Shown: positions 37,917-50,464, counted from the first letter of the whole stretch. The stretch is DNA of 63,279 bases, filler included, from Octopus bimaculoides (GCF_001194135.2; 6 parts of 5 records of this genome joined end to end with filler, not necessarily neighbours in it), one strand, 5' to 3'. Made by a program: numbers and translations. The notes: generated by a model not told the origin, from the sequence alone.

Positions 37917-37928
37917 CAGGACTGGAAA

Positions 37929-37964
<36 letters not shown>

Positions 37965-38224
37965 AAAAAGGTCTGCAACATCCTTCGTCTTTCGTTGGTT
38001 TTTTTTTTAATTTTATTTCTTATTAATGTTCAAGAAGATATTCGGTAAATCTTACTGAGAACGATATAATCAGTTATGGAGAATGGTCCACTCAACGCAA
38101 GGACGTTAAATGCAGAAAAAGTTCATGTAATAATAGCCACACCCACACACGCACACACACACTCATAGATACACAGACAAACAAGCGCGTGCAAACACAC
38201 AAATATACGACAGGCTTCTTTCAA

Positions 38225-38443
38225 TTTCCTTATTTCTTTATTGCCCACAAGGGGCTAAACATAGAGGGGACAAACAAGGACAGATAAAGGGATTAAGTCT
38301 ATTACATCGACCCCAGTGCGTAACTGGTACTTATTTAATCGACCCCGAAAGGATGAAAGGCAAAGTTGACCTCGGCGGAATTTGAACTCAGAACGTAACG
38401 GCAGGCGAAATACCGCTAAGCATTTCGTCCGGCGTGCTAACGT
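38225..38443. mobile_element. Third SINE family
   Basis: atttctttattgcccacaaggggctaaac...gaaaggatgaaaggcaaagt.gacctcggcggaatttgaactcagaacg. Other copies at ~24570-24750 and 60750-60975. Confidence 0.75.
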
Positions 38444-39106
38444 NNNNNNNNNNNNNNNNNNNNNNNNNNNNNNNNNNNNNNNNNNNNNNNNNNNNNNNNN
38501 NNNNNNNNNNNNNNNNNNNNNNNNNNNNNNNNNNNNNNNNNNNNNNNNNNNNNNNNNNNNNNNNNNNNNNNNNNNNNNNNNNNNNNNNNNNNNNNNNNNN
38601 NNNNNNNNNNNNNNNNNNNNNNNNNNNNNNNNNNNNNNNNNNNNNNNNNNNNNNNNNNNNNNNNNNNNNNNNNNNNNNNNNNNNNNNNNNNNNNNNNNNN
38701 NNNNNNNNNNNNNNNNNNNNNNNNNNNNNNNNNNNNNNNNNNNNNNNNNNNNNNNNNNNNNNNNNNNNNNNNNNNNNNNNNNNNNNNNNNNNNNNNNNNN
38801 NNNNNNNNNNNNNNNNNNNNNNNNNNNNNNNNNNNNNNNNNTTAATGGTCCATTGAAGGGATTTAAACAAAAATACGAACTGTCCGTATTTTAAACTGTA
38901 ATTTAAAATGAAAAAATTCTTAAAATTATAATTTTTTAATTTTTATTCAAATTTCGAAAGATTTTTTTTTTTGTCTTAGTAGTATGAATTTCCGTGAGTA
39001 GAATGAATTTCCGTGAGTAGAAGAGAAATTTGCAAAATCTTTTGAAAATTCAAAAAAAAAAAAAAACCCCAAAAAAGTTATGAAGTGTTATATGGGGTGC
39101 TTAAAA

Positions 39107-39596
39107 CAGAATTCTGCCTTGGATCGTCGGTGCGTCGAACAAATGTTTGGCAGCATTTCACCCGTCTTTATACATTATTTATATTTGTCCTCATCTTGTT
39201 TGTGTTGTTAACACAACGTTTCTTGGGGAACCTGGGTTCTCATTCCTAAGGTATTATTGCAAAAGGACCTTTCTGACTGCTACCCAGCCCTGTGGAACAA
39301 AGTCAAGATGTACTTCATTGCATTCCAAACATCATATTTTGTAGAGCGAGGCTTCAGTACAGTTGCCCAGATTCGTTCTAAGCAAAGAAACAGACTGAAG
39401 ATTATTGAACGCGGAGAACTAAGACTACCTTAGTACCTTTCAGCCAAATGTCGAGAAGCTGATATCCCGAAACGTTGTGTTAACAACGCAAACAAGATGA
39501 GGACAAATATCCGTCAAATGTAAATAATGTATAAAGACGGGTGAACTGCTGCCAAACATTTTGTTCGACGCACCAACGATCCAAGGCGGAATTCTG
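39107..39596. repeat. Inverted duplication, arms 39107-39222 and 39469-39596
   Basis: Each arm joins the hammerhead-SINE tail to the same flank (…ccaaggcggaattctg). Confidence 0.85.
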
Positions 39597-39635
39597 ATAT
39601 TCCAGCACAAGGTACAGCAATCGCATTAGAAATGT

Positions 39636-40405
39636 CGTATGGTAGGCGCTAGCGTAACGAAAACAGCCGAAATGTTTGGTGTATCAAGAAGTAAATCTCT
39701 TGAAAGTAATGACAGCCTTTGAGAAAGAGGGAAAAACCTCCTTGTCGAAACAAAACTCCGGAAGAGAACCAAAACTTTCATAGGGACCGTCGGACTCTTA
39801 CGCGAATTGTTAGAAAGGATCACAAAAGTACAGCTCCCAAAATTACTGCAGAGCTTAATGACCACCTTGAGAACCCAGTTTCCAAAAAAATTGTTCGCCG
39901 GGAGCTGTACAAAACCGGATTTCACGGGAGGGCTGCAATCAGAAAACTACTACTTTCAAAAACAAATGTTGCAAACCTACAGAATTGGTCCCTAGAGCAG
40001 TGGAAGAATGTTATTTTCTCGGAGTGTCATCCTTTACCTTATTTCCGACCACCGGCCGAGTATAGGTGTGGAGACAGCCAAAAGAAGTATTTAATCCAGA
40101 CTGCCTTCTTCCAGCTGTTAAACATGGAGGGGGATCTGTGATGATCTGGGTGGCTATATCTTGGAAATCCACCGGCCCAATGGTTTCCCTTCATTGCAGA
40201 ATTAATACACAAGACTATTTAAGCATTATATCTGATCAAATTCATCCTATGGTTGCGGAACTGTTTCCGGAATTGTTTCCGGAGGTAAACGCAATCTTTC
40301 AGGATAATAATGCACCAATTCACACAGCTAAAGTTGTTACTGAATGGCACAAGGAACATTCTAGTGAAATTGAACATCTTATCTGGCCTCCACAGTGCAG
40401 TTAGT
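39636..40405 (+). mobile_element. Tc1-like transposase pseudogene
   Basis: Frameshifted segments RIVRKDHKSTAPKITAELN, WSLEQWKNVIFSE, VKHGGGSVMIW, FQDNNAPIHTAK, HLIWPPQ. Confidence 0.9.
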
Positions 40406-41432
40406 CTTTCATGTCGTAAAAAAACAACAAAATAAAGGATTAATTAGGTTAAGTTTTATTTGTGAAATACAGCTGTTTTGAATTTGCAGTAGGAGGAAGT
40501 CGCTGTATGTGATGGAGAGGATGCAGTCAGAAAGACTTTAGGATCCACTAACCTAGTGACAACTTGTCGGTTGAGACTTCAATAGAGTTTTTAGTCCGGA
40601 GTAGGTTAGAAGTGTAAATCATGTCTGATCGATATTTATGCAATCGATATTAAAAGTTGGGAATAGGCAAAGCTAACCTAGGTCTGGTCTGAACTCAGAC
40701 ATTTCAAGAATTTAGATTATTACAGCAAGGAGAATTTTTTGTTTGACGCGCTTTCGAGTTTACTAATGAAGAGTTGTTTCGTCACAAAAGGAAAAAAGCC
40801 ACGTCACAATGAGAGAGAAAGACAGAGGAAGAAACGAAGATAGATAGATAGAGGGAGAGAGAAAGTGAGAAATAGAAACAGTGAGAGAGGGAGAGAGAAA
40901 GAGGGAGAGAGAAAGAGAGAGAGAGTGAGAAGTGAGAGACGGGAGAGAATTAAAGAAAACGTATAAATATATATATACTGAAATATAGTGAAACATATAC
41001 ACACAAAAACATACACATATTACATACATACAAGTATACATACATACTTACGTACAAACAGACGTACACAAACACATACAGGCACACAAACGCATACAAG
41101 CATACACACATACATGCATACATTCATGCATACATACATGCATGCATGCATGCATACAAGCATACATTTACATACATAAACCAATAGAAAAAAAAACCCA
41201 GCCTTCTTCACACTTTTCGTTTATTCTGGCGACAAACTGGAGACGGTGTACACCGAAGTCGTGTATACAGAGCAGGAACACCAGAGTATTGGAATAAACA
41301 AAGAACAAACGAGCAAAAAAGGCATAACTCGGTGAGAACAACAACAACAACAACGATTAAAAAAAAAACGAGGAAAGAAGAAAAAAGGAGAAAAAAGAAT
41401 CGGAAAAGAAGCAACTTGTTGAATTGGAAAAA

Positions 41433-41466
41433 ATGTTGCTACCATTACTTCATGTTGGACTAATAG
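41433..41466 (+). CDS. Candidate first coding exon (signal-peptide-like MLLPLLHVGLI-G)
   Basis: aaaATG start and strong donor ag|gtatgt in phase 1, after a unique purine-rich putative 5'UTR. Confidence 0.55.
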
Positions 41467-42378
41467 GTATGTATGTATGCACACACACACACACACACAC
41501 ACACGTCTCGGTGTGTGTGTATGTATATATGTATATCGATATTATGTAAATAGAGGAATTTATCTGTAAAAATATGTGACACTTATTCGGTAGCCATGAT
41601 AAATGGAAAAAAAAGGGTCATTTTTCAAAGAAATTTTCAATGGCCGGATAACTGAAGNNNNNNNNNNNNNNNNNNNNNNNNNNNNNNNNNNNNNNNNNNN
41701 NNNNNNNNNNNNNNNNNNNNNNNNNNNNNNNNNNNNNNNNNNNNNNNNNNNNNNNNNNNNNNNNNNNNNNNNNNNNNNNNNNNNNNNNNNNNNNNNNNNN
41801 NNNNNNNNNNNNNNNNNNNNNNNNNNNNNNNNNNNNNNNNNNNNNNNNNNNNNNNNNNNNNNNNNNNNNNNNNNNNNNNNNNNNNNNNNNNNNNNNNNNN
41901 NNNNNNNNNNNNNNNNNNNNNNNNNNNNNNNNNNNNNNNNNNNNNNNNNNNNNNNNNNNNNNNNNNNNNNNNNNNNNNNNNNNNNNNNNNNNNNNNNNNN
42001 NNNNNNNNNNNNNNNNNNNNNNNNNNNNNNNNNNNNNNNNNNNNNNNNNNNNNNNNNNNNNNNNNNNNNNNNNNNNNNNNNNNNNNNNNNNNNNNNNNNN
42101 NNNNNNNNNNNNNNNNNNNNNNNNNNNNNNNNNNNNNNNNNNNNNNNNNNNNNNNNNNNNNNNNNNNNNNNNNNNNNNNNNNNNNNNNNNNNNNNNNNNN
42201 NNNNNNNNNNNNNNNNNNNNNNNNNNNNNNNNNNNNNNNNNNNNNNNNNNNNNNNNNNNNNNNNNNNNNNNNNTATATATATATATATGGGAGAATTTAC
42301 GAAAAAAACAACATACGAAGACAGGCGGTGTAAACAACAAATGGAGGTATTAGTTTAACGCTCGGGAATAGAGAAAGT

Positions 42379-42414
42379 CTTTGACGTTTCGAGCCTACGC
42401 TCTTCAACTGAAAG
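42379..42414 (-). ncRNA. Variant minimal hammerhead, tandem copy 1
   Basis: CUUU CAGUUGA A GAGC GUAG GCUC GAAAC GUC AAAG. Confidence 0.55.
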
Positions 42415-42573
42415 GAACACAGAAAGAAATAAGGAGAGAAACAAGGAGAAAAAAATTATAAATGTAGTGGTCAGCGATCTATCATGGCGATATAGTTGAA
42501 ATTTACAGAAAAACAAGACGAAGACAAGTGAATGAACAAGAAGCAGGTTTGACACTCGAGAAAGTAAGAGAGT

Positions 42574-42610
42574 CCTTTACGTTTCGAGCCTATGCTCTTC
42601 GACAGAAAGG
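42574..42610 (-). ncRNA. Variant minimal hammerhead, tandem copy 2
   Basis: CCUUU CUGUCGA A GAGC AUAG GCUC GAAAC GUA AAGG. Confidence 0.55.
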
Positions 42611-43023
42611 AATATGAGGAAATAAACGGAGAGAGAAATAAAACATTTTGTGGATTTAGCGATCAATCATGGCGACTGGTTGGGAAAAAATAGTTTCACA
42701 GAAGAGCTAGGAAGAAGGGGAGATAATGAAGAACTGGTGGGGCGGGGGATGGAGTGTGGATGGAAGAGGTATCAATGTAATCATTGATGTAATAATTGAT
42801 GTAATGATTACATTGTTCAATTAAATGGAGTCGCTTGAAACGGTTGTACCGCATTATTAGTTGATACCCTGTTGCTTATTTTGATTTTATTCACCTTACT
42901 TCGAGCTGTGCGGATNNNNNNNNNNNNNNNNNNNNNNNNNNNNNNNNNNNNNNNNNNNNNNNNNNNNNNNNNNNNNNNNNNNNNNNNNNNNNNNNNNNNN
43001 NNNNNNNNNNNNNNNATATATAT

Positions 43024-43054
<31 letters not shown>

Positions 43055-43271
43055 TATGCATATATGTGTATATATAGGGAGGAAGAGAGAGAGTGTGTGT
43101 GTGCGTTTGTATGTGTTCATATGTATGATCTTTAGTAATGTGTATACATGTATATCTGCATGTATGTTTGTGTCAGTAAGTGTAGATAGATGACTACATA
43201 GATATACAGGTAGATATAGAGATGTATTCATGTTGAAAACACATCTTTCTTTCTTTCTTTGATTCTTTCAG

Positions 43272-43483
43272 GTGCAAGTGGCGGTGGGTTTTTTAACTCT
43301 GACCAGTGGAAATACTTCGAATTTACTTTTATGATGATATTGCTGATTCTGCATACGTGTTTTATCACTATCGTTGTAATCCGAAAGATTAAGAAATATC
43401 AGGCCTCTAAAGAGAAACAAAGTCAAGCACAGACCGCGAATGCCAATCCGCCTGCGAGTGCAATGGGGCAGACAGCTCAATAA
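43272..43483 (+). CDS. Terminal exon encoding a transmembrane helix and short cytoplasmic tail
   Basis: Strong acceptor tttctttctttctttgattctttcag| in phase 1. Reads ASGGGFFNSDQWKYFE-FTFMMILLILHTCFITIVVI-RKIKK...GQTAQ*. AATAAA at 43575-43580. Confidence 0.7.
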
Positions 43484-43491
43484 CTTTATTC

Positions 43492-43822
43492 CAAAGGTTC
43501 TCAAACTTTTCGGGCCACCGCCCCGCTCATGGTCACATAGTACCCTCAGCGCCCCACCCCTATTTTTATGTATCAATAAAAATTTTATATTTTACTAATT
43601 TATATATACTTTGAATTATTTGATATTTAATATAATATTATATAACTTGTATACACTACTATAATAATATAATAAATTTATAGCGTCCCCCAATCCACTG
43701 CCTTCCTCCCCAACGCCTTCTTTTTCTTTACCGACCTCCCCCACACTCCCTTAGGCACCAGCGCCCACCAGGACCGTCTCAACGCCCAGTGGGGGCGGTA
43801 GCACCCATTTTGAGAATCTATG
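43492..43822. mobile_element. hAT-like MITE
   Basis: Termini caaaggttctcaaac / tttgagaatctatg resemble the CAGTGGTTCTCAAAC type of TIR. No TSD visible. Confidence 0.55.
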
Positions 43823-45269
43823 CAATCCGTCCACCTATCACACCTTGATTGATCCATGCACTCAAAGACAATCAGAATATTTGATCCAGCTTATTACTGT
43901 TACACAATTTCAATTTATGCCTTCCATCCATATATAGATATTCATTCTGCGTGGAAGCAATATGCAAATTCTACGAAGAGACGTTGAAGCAATTCAAATC
44001 GGTGCCATGTCAAAAACATTTTACTACGTGTTTTCAAAGCCTGATCTATGAGTGAATGTCTTGTGATTCGGAAACAGGATGCAAAGTCTTTCCTGGTACC
44101 ATTTTAACTCAAAAACAACACGGCAAGACCCTATTAATATCTGGTCGACACTTACGATATTTCGCTGGTACTTCACCCTTCGTAGCATAAATTGTTAACA
44201 GATATTTGAGACTTGAGAAATGAAAATAGAAGACCAAATTTAAATTACGTCGCTTGACACACATGGCTTACACGTGACATAGAATAACAAACTTCACAGT
44301 TCGTCATCTTGAAAAATAGCAAAAGATAGAAAAAATTAAAGAAAAACAGAAGGAAACAATGAATTACTGAAATAACGTATAGAGTTGGTCAATTTAGTCT
44401 GCTCTGCTCATTTCTGTTTCTGAAGAACTCTCTCTGCTTCAGAAGTTAGTTTATTAATATATTGTAGACAATGAAATTCTACAATTTCATAACTTCTTTT
44501 CTTTTCGTAGATTTTGCAATCTTTGTAATTTTATTTCGATATAAATAAAGTTTATAAAAACAGACAATTCTAGTTTAGTCCATCTATTAATCCATCCGTC
44601 TTTCCGCCCGTTATTCGACGGAGGNNNNNNNNNNNNNNNNNNNNNNNNNNNNNNNNNNNNNNNNNNNNNNNNNNNNNNNNNNNNNNNNNNNNNNNNNNNN
44701 NNNNNNNNNNNNNNNNNNNNNNNNNNNNNNNNNNNNNNNNNNNNNNNNNNNNNNNNNNNNNNNNNNNNNNNNNNNNNNNNNNNNNNNNNNNNNNNNNNNN
44801 NNNNNNNNNNNNNNNNNNNNNNNNNNNNNNAAGTCTCCCTAAGTATCCTGACGTTTGGCTCAGACCCAAGAACCTATCTTGCGATTCTTTCCTGCCACAT
44901 TCTAATAATATGCCCTTAGTCCTGGTAGTGTGGCCTCTCAGTGAGGAGTAGTGGCTGGAGATTCGATGTATTCAACGTTAAATGACGCTAACCACTAGAC
45001 GCGTGGTGTTGCGTTCGTGATCGCGAGAACATTGTTTCGAATCCCAGACCGGCTGTCCGTTTTGTTCTTGAGCAAAACACTTCATTTCACGTGGCTCCGG
45101 TTTCAGTGTGCAATCTTTCGACGGTTTAGTGCAGAAGGGTGAGATATTGACTAAGCAAAAACCATCCTTACTAAGGTCTGGCGAGCTAAGTTTTGTATTC
45201 AACGACCAAAAGGATGAATAGTATAAACTGAACTATGAATCCCGATGGGTTCAGACGGAGGTCAATGAT

Positions 45270-47690
45270 ATTCTAAGGGGCGAGCTGTTCAATGTAGTTG
45301 AACAACCAGAGTTGCGCACCCTGTCGAGAAGCGGTGCTCCAGACGAACCCCATTTCTGCCCCCTGTATTTGCACAGCCGCTCGTGCTTGAGGAATTCACA
45401 AACAGTTGAGCTAAACACACCGACGAGTAACATAAAAAAAGAGGCCGTTCGGAGTAAACCTATTTCGGCCCTTTGCGTTCGCACAACGCTTCGACCTTGA
45501 GAAATTCACAGACCGTTGAGCTACGGTATCATTCGAATAACATTATTTCAGTGATCGTTCCGAGGATCCACTTTTCGGTCCGTTGTATATACGCATCGGA
45601 TCGACCAGAGAATATTCACAGACCGTTGAGCAACGGACCATATCGTGAAACTATACTCCAAAGGCCGTTCAGAGGATCCTCATTTCAGCCCCGTATATTC
45701 ACGCAGCAGCTCTACCTGGAAAATACACTGACATCGTGGCTACAGACTCTGTCCAAAAACGTTCCCTAGAGGCCCCATGTATTCACTGATCTCTGAGCAG
45801 GATTTCACTGGTCTCTGAGCTACGCACTCGTCTAATATTACTCCATAGGCCGTTCGGAGGATCCCAATTTCGGCCCCTTGTTTTCGCGAAGAAGCTCGAC
45901 CTAGGGGAATTTACTGACCGTTTTGGGTCCTCGTATTCATGCACTCACGCGACCTGTAGAAATTTATTGACCGTTGAGCTACGAACACTGCCAAGTAACA
46001 TTACTCTAGAGGCCACTTGGAGCATTCCTATATCGGCTCTAGTATACGCGAAGAATCTCGACTTGGAAAATTTTAGTGACCGCGGAACTACTGGTCCTGT
46101 TGAACATTACTCCAAAGGCTGTTCGGAGGCTCCCCATGTGATCGCGAAGGTGTTCGATGTGGAGGAATATGCTGACTGTCGAACTACGAACCATGTCGAG
46201 TAACATTACACCAGAGGGCGCTTGGAACATCCCTATTTCGGTTACTTGTATTCACGTGGCTGCTCGACCAGGAAAAAATCACTGACCTCTCAGTTACGCC
46301 CCGGTGGAGTAATATTGCTCCAGATATCGCTCCCTTGTATTCACGTAGTGGCTCGACCTGGATACATTCACTGAGCGTTGAGCTATGAACCTTGTCGCGT
46401 AACAGTACTCCAGAGGCCATTTGGAGGATTCCAAATTTGGCCCCTTGTTTTTGCGAATAGGCTCGACCTAGGGCAATTTACTGACCGTTGAACTATAGAC
46501 CCAATGAAGTAACATTACTCCAGAGGCCGTTCGGAGAATCCCCACTTCGGTTGCTTGTTTCACAAAGTGGTTTGCCCTAAGGGAATTTACTGACTTTTGA
46601 ACTACGGATCCTGTGGAGTTATATTACTTGAGAAGCCGTTCATAAGAACCCCGTTTTCGTGACTTGTATTCACGTAGCAGCTCAACCTGGAGAATTTCAC
46701 TGACCATGTCGAGTAACATTATTCTAGGCGTCCTTAGGAGAGTCTCGATACCGGTCCCTTGTATTCACGCAGCGGCTCGACCTGGAAAAATTCACTGACT
46801 GCTGAGCTGTTGACCCTGTCCAGTAACATTATACTTGAGGCTGCTCCAAGGATCCCCATTCTGGGCCCTTTTATTCGTGCAACCGCGCGAATTGGAGAAA
46901 CTCGCTGACCGTTGAACTATGGACCCCGTCGAGTAACACTATTCCAAAGTCTGTTCGGAGAAATCTAATTTCGGCTCTTTTTGTATTCTTAAATCGACTA
47001 AGATCTGGAGATATTCACTGACCGTTGAGTTATGGATCCTATCATGTAACATTAACCTAGAGGTTTTTGGGAGAATCCCTATTTCAGCCAATAGCGTTCG
47101 CGAAGCGTCTCGACCCGGAAAAATTCCTTGGCCTTGTTGCGTAACATTAATTCAGAGGAACTTCATTTCTCTGACTTCTGACCTACGCACTCTGTCAAGT
47201 AATATTACAGCGGCGACCGTACGGAGGATCCACATAGCTTTTTTTTTAATTCGAGTTGCGATTCCCTGTAGAAATTCACTGACCGTTGAGCTACGGACCT
47301 GTCGAGTAACATTACTCCAGAGACCGTTAGGAAGAACTCTATTTCGGCCCTTTGTTCTTGTGAAGCATCTCGACCTGGAGAAATTCACTGATCGCTGAAT
47401 TAAGGACCCAGTCGAGTATCAATACTCCAGAAGCTGTTCGGGAGGTCCCCATTTCTGCCTCTGGTATTCGCGAAGTGTCTGGACGTGGTGAAATTCACTG
47501 ACCTCAGAGATACGAACCCTGTCGTGTAACATGAATCTAGAAGCCGTTCGTAGGAACCCCATTTTGGCCTCTTGTATTCGCGCATCGGCTCAACCTGGAG
47601 AAGTTCACTGACCTCGGAGCTTCGCACCCTGTCGAGTATCTTTATTCCAGAGTCCCTTCAGGGGTTTCCCATTCTGTTCATTATATTCAC
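45270..47690. repeat. Diverged tandem array, ~110-bp unit, about 22 units
   Basis: Recurrent aaattcactgaccgttgagctacggaccctgtcgagtaacattactccagaggccgttcggaggatccccatttcggccccttgtattcacgcagcggctcgacctggag, e.g. units at 47271 and 47380. Confidence 0.9.
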
Positions 47691-48282
47691 GATAGTACGC
47701 TCATTATCCACATTCATTCTAATTTAGTTATCATCAATATTTTTTTCAGTTGAGCCCATTGTTCGTTGTGTAACATCGACCATCGATGTCCTTTCTCCCC
47801 TATTCTCGTCTCTGGTCTCTCCTCTCTCAAGCCTTGTTGAGTTTTTTTACGCGCTCGCGCACGCACACAGACACAGACATAGACACACACACACACACAC
47901 ACACAAAATAATATGATCTTACTTATTTTACTGATTCCACGATTAATAAATTATTCCAGAAATTTCAACTTATACAAACGGTTTCTCGTGAGGAAAAGTG
48001 TCCACTTATATGCATTCTTATTAGCCGATATTTGCCAAAGTTTTGATTGAGGATATGTATATTCATGAGGATGATGGCTGTCCCCTTTCTGAACGAGGAA
48101 GACCATCGCTGACCATTAAGAACATTGTGCACTCAGACAAAATTATGCTTTACACTTGTGAACTTACTGGTGACTAGTGAGCCCAGCCCTTGAGAAACAA
48201 ACACGTCCACGTCTATTACTGACCAAACTTATCACATTCACGACACTGGCGTAGCGTTTACAAGCGGCTCAAAGCTGTTACA

Positions 48283-48423
48283 ATACCAGCGATTGTAGGA
48301 GCACTAGAAATAATCAAAAGAAGAACTGAGAATTATTAGAGAATGATCCCTAGTTTACTATCCTTGCAAGAAGTGCTAAAGATTGCTTTAACTGATATGT
48401 GACACTTATTGAAAAAAGCGTAC
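48283..48423 (+). mobile_element. 3' end of an RLE-type (R4/Dong-like) non-LTR element
   Basis: IPAIVGALEIIKRRTENY*RMIPSLLSLQEVLKIALTDM*HLLKKA. Confidence 0.6.
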
Positions 48424-48859
48424 AAAATACATGGTTCTTCGAAAATACCCTCTCCTCCCTTTACTGGTTTCCTCCATTGGTGACGCGGACAAGCGTTGCT
48501 TTACCAATTGGCCATCCATATCTCATGTCTTAAACGAGGATTTCACTAAGTCCTTAACCATTTGGCATTCAAACCAGGCATATTCCATCCAAATGTTCTA
48601 CCTGATTTATGTTCAAACTGACCAGATCAGGCCTCTCACGCCTACCCTACAATGTCATTCTAAAAGGAACAATCACATCATCGAAATCTGAAAGCTATAA
48701 AATAATGCATGATTCTTCCAAAACTATGTGAATACACAAACATTACATTCGACAGAGCAATCTGGACGCTAAAGGCTTAAAACATAGTTTTGGCTTCTTT
48801 TACGGGTTGCCTCCGCAGGCAAATTTACCAAACAGCATCCTTTGATCCTTCATCCGAAC

Positions 48860-49080
48860 AAAGTGTTCAGTCAAGTGTAATCGGAGCTTATGCACCATCG
48901 CCTCAATGCGCAGGATGTCGGCCCCGCCTCAAGACCTACGTTTCTGGAGTCTGCAAGGACCTGCCAACATTGCCAGTGTTTTCTCAGACATCTCTGACAG
49001 AAGCGGCCAAGAACTCTTAGTTGATAACTGGAAATTGTCCAAGTCTCACCTGAGTAAAGGGGTGAGGTCAGTACACATGT
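48860..49080 (-). mobile_element. RTE-like LINE post-RT fragment
   Basis: VLTSPLYSGETWTISSYQLRVLGRFCQRCLRK. Confidence 0.65.
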
Positions 49081-49113
49081 ACAGTACACAACAACTTTTG
49101 TACACCTTATATA

Positions 49114-49152
<39 letters not shown>

Positions 49153-49396
49153 NNNNNNNNNNNNNNNNNNNNNNNNNNNNNNNNNNNNNNNNNNNNTTAA
49201 TTAATTAANNNNNNNNNNNNNNNNNNNNNNNNNNNNNNNNNNNNNNNNNNNNAGGGAAATTACTCCAATAGAGTTTTATTATGACAACCAACTAATTGTC
49301 ACATATTATATTTATAGATAAATTCTTCTATTTTACATAATATTGAGGTCTGATTCGTTCTTTTGTTGTCATATTATTATTATTAATATATATATA

Positions 49397-49861
49397 TGCC
49401 ACCCCAGACACATCAGAATGAATATCCCCTTCAACCTAGCAAAAAGGATATGTACTATAGTTTCTAATGCAAACACCAGAGACACACAACTACATGAACT
49501 AAAGGATACACTCATCACCAGGAACCTGATATACGCACTACGGAGAACTTGATATACACACTAACCTGCTCTGGGTGTCGAACAATACATAGGCCAAACA
49601 AAAAACAGTCTACGTAAAACAATGGCTCTGCACAGATCCCAGATCAAAATTCCCCAAAACAGAAAAATAACATTCAGCCAACACATCGAGATTTGTGCCA
49701 ACAACAAAAATCCAAGCTTCAGAATTTTTCCCCTCTACCAATTCAGGGACGATAGAACCTGTAACCAACGAATTTCTAAAGAGACTCTCTTTATTACAAA
49801 ATACAAACCCCTTTTGAACGTGTCTACAACAAACAGCATATCCACCTCGGCCTTAGAATAA
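49397..49861 (+). mobile_element. Penelope-like element: RT thumb fused by deletion to GIY-YIG endonuclease
   Basis: CHPRHIRMNIPFNLAKRICTIVSN...NLIY...LTCSGCVEQYIGQTKNSLRKTMALHRSQI...KETLFITKYKPLLN. Confidence 0.85.
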
Positions 49862-50273
49862 CACAAACACACATGCAACTATTTAAAATGATACACTCCA
49901 GAAATTCCCAAGAATTCATTAAAAAACAGTCCCAATCACTGCTATAATCCACAACGAGCCACTTTTAGGTCACTTGACCATTTAACACTCTACTACTAAC
50001 ATACTACCTACATTCCTTCTTATTCTCCCTTCTCTTTCTCCTTCTTCATCTTCTTCCTCTCCGCCACCTCCTTCCTAACTTTACCACTATTGCTGTTTAG
50101 AATAACACCTACACAAATATTATAAACAATACATTCAAAAGAGATGTCTCAAGAATTCATTCACTACTACCATCCACAACAAGTCACTTTCAGGGCACTT
50201 GACCATTTAACATCCTACTACTATCATGGCACTCCCACATTCTTCTTCTCCTCCTTCTTTTTCNNNNNNNNNN

Positions 50274-50312
<39 letters not shown>

Positions 50313-50464
50313 GGGGGTTTAGTTCACAGGTGATCTAAACAGTTAGGTATGCCAGGTAAGTGCTGTAATGGATTACTAAGGCTCCAAGGTTATAGCTGAA
50401 ACAGTAGTTATGGAGCCATTGCAGATTTCTGATGCAGTGGATACATAATAGTTAAACAAGACTT

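Noticed and set aside
44821-44875. Minus-strand gccaaacgtcagga as a hammerhead remnant
   Set aside because: No CUGANGA core; too degraded.
45270-47690. CRISPR-like or twister-ribozyme reading of the array
   Set aside because: There are no unique spacers; whole units are homologous. A stem followed by UAA resembles twister, but the GUCCNAAGC loop and GAGGG segment are absent.
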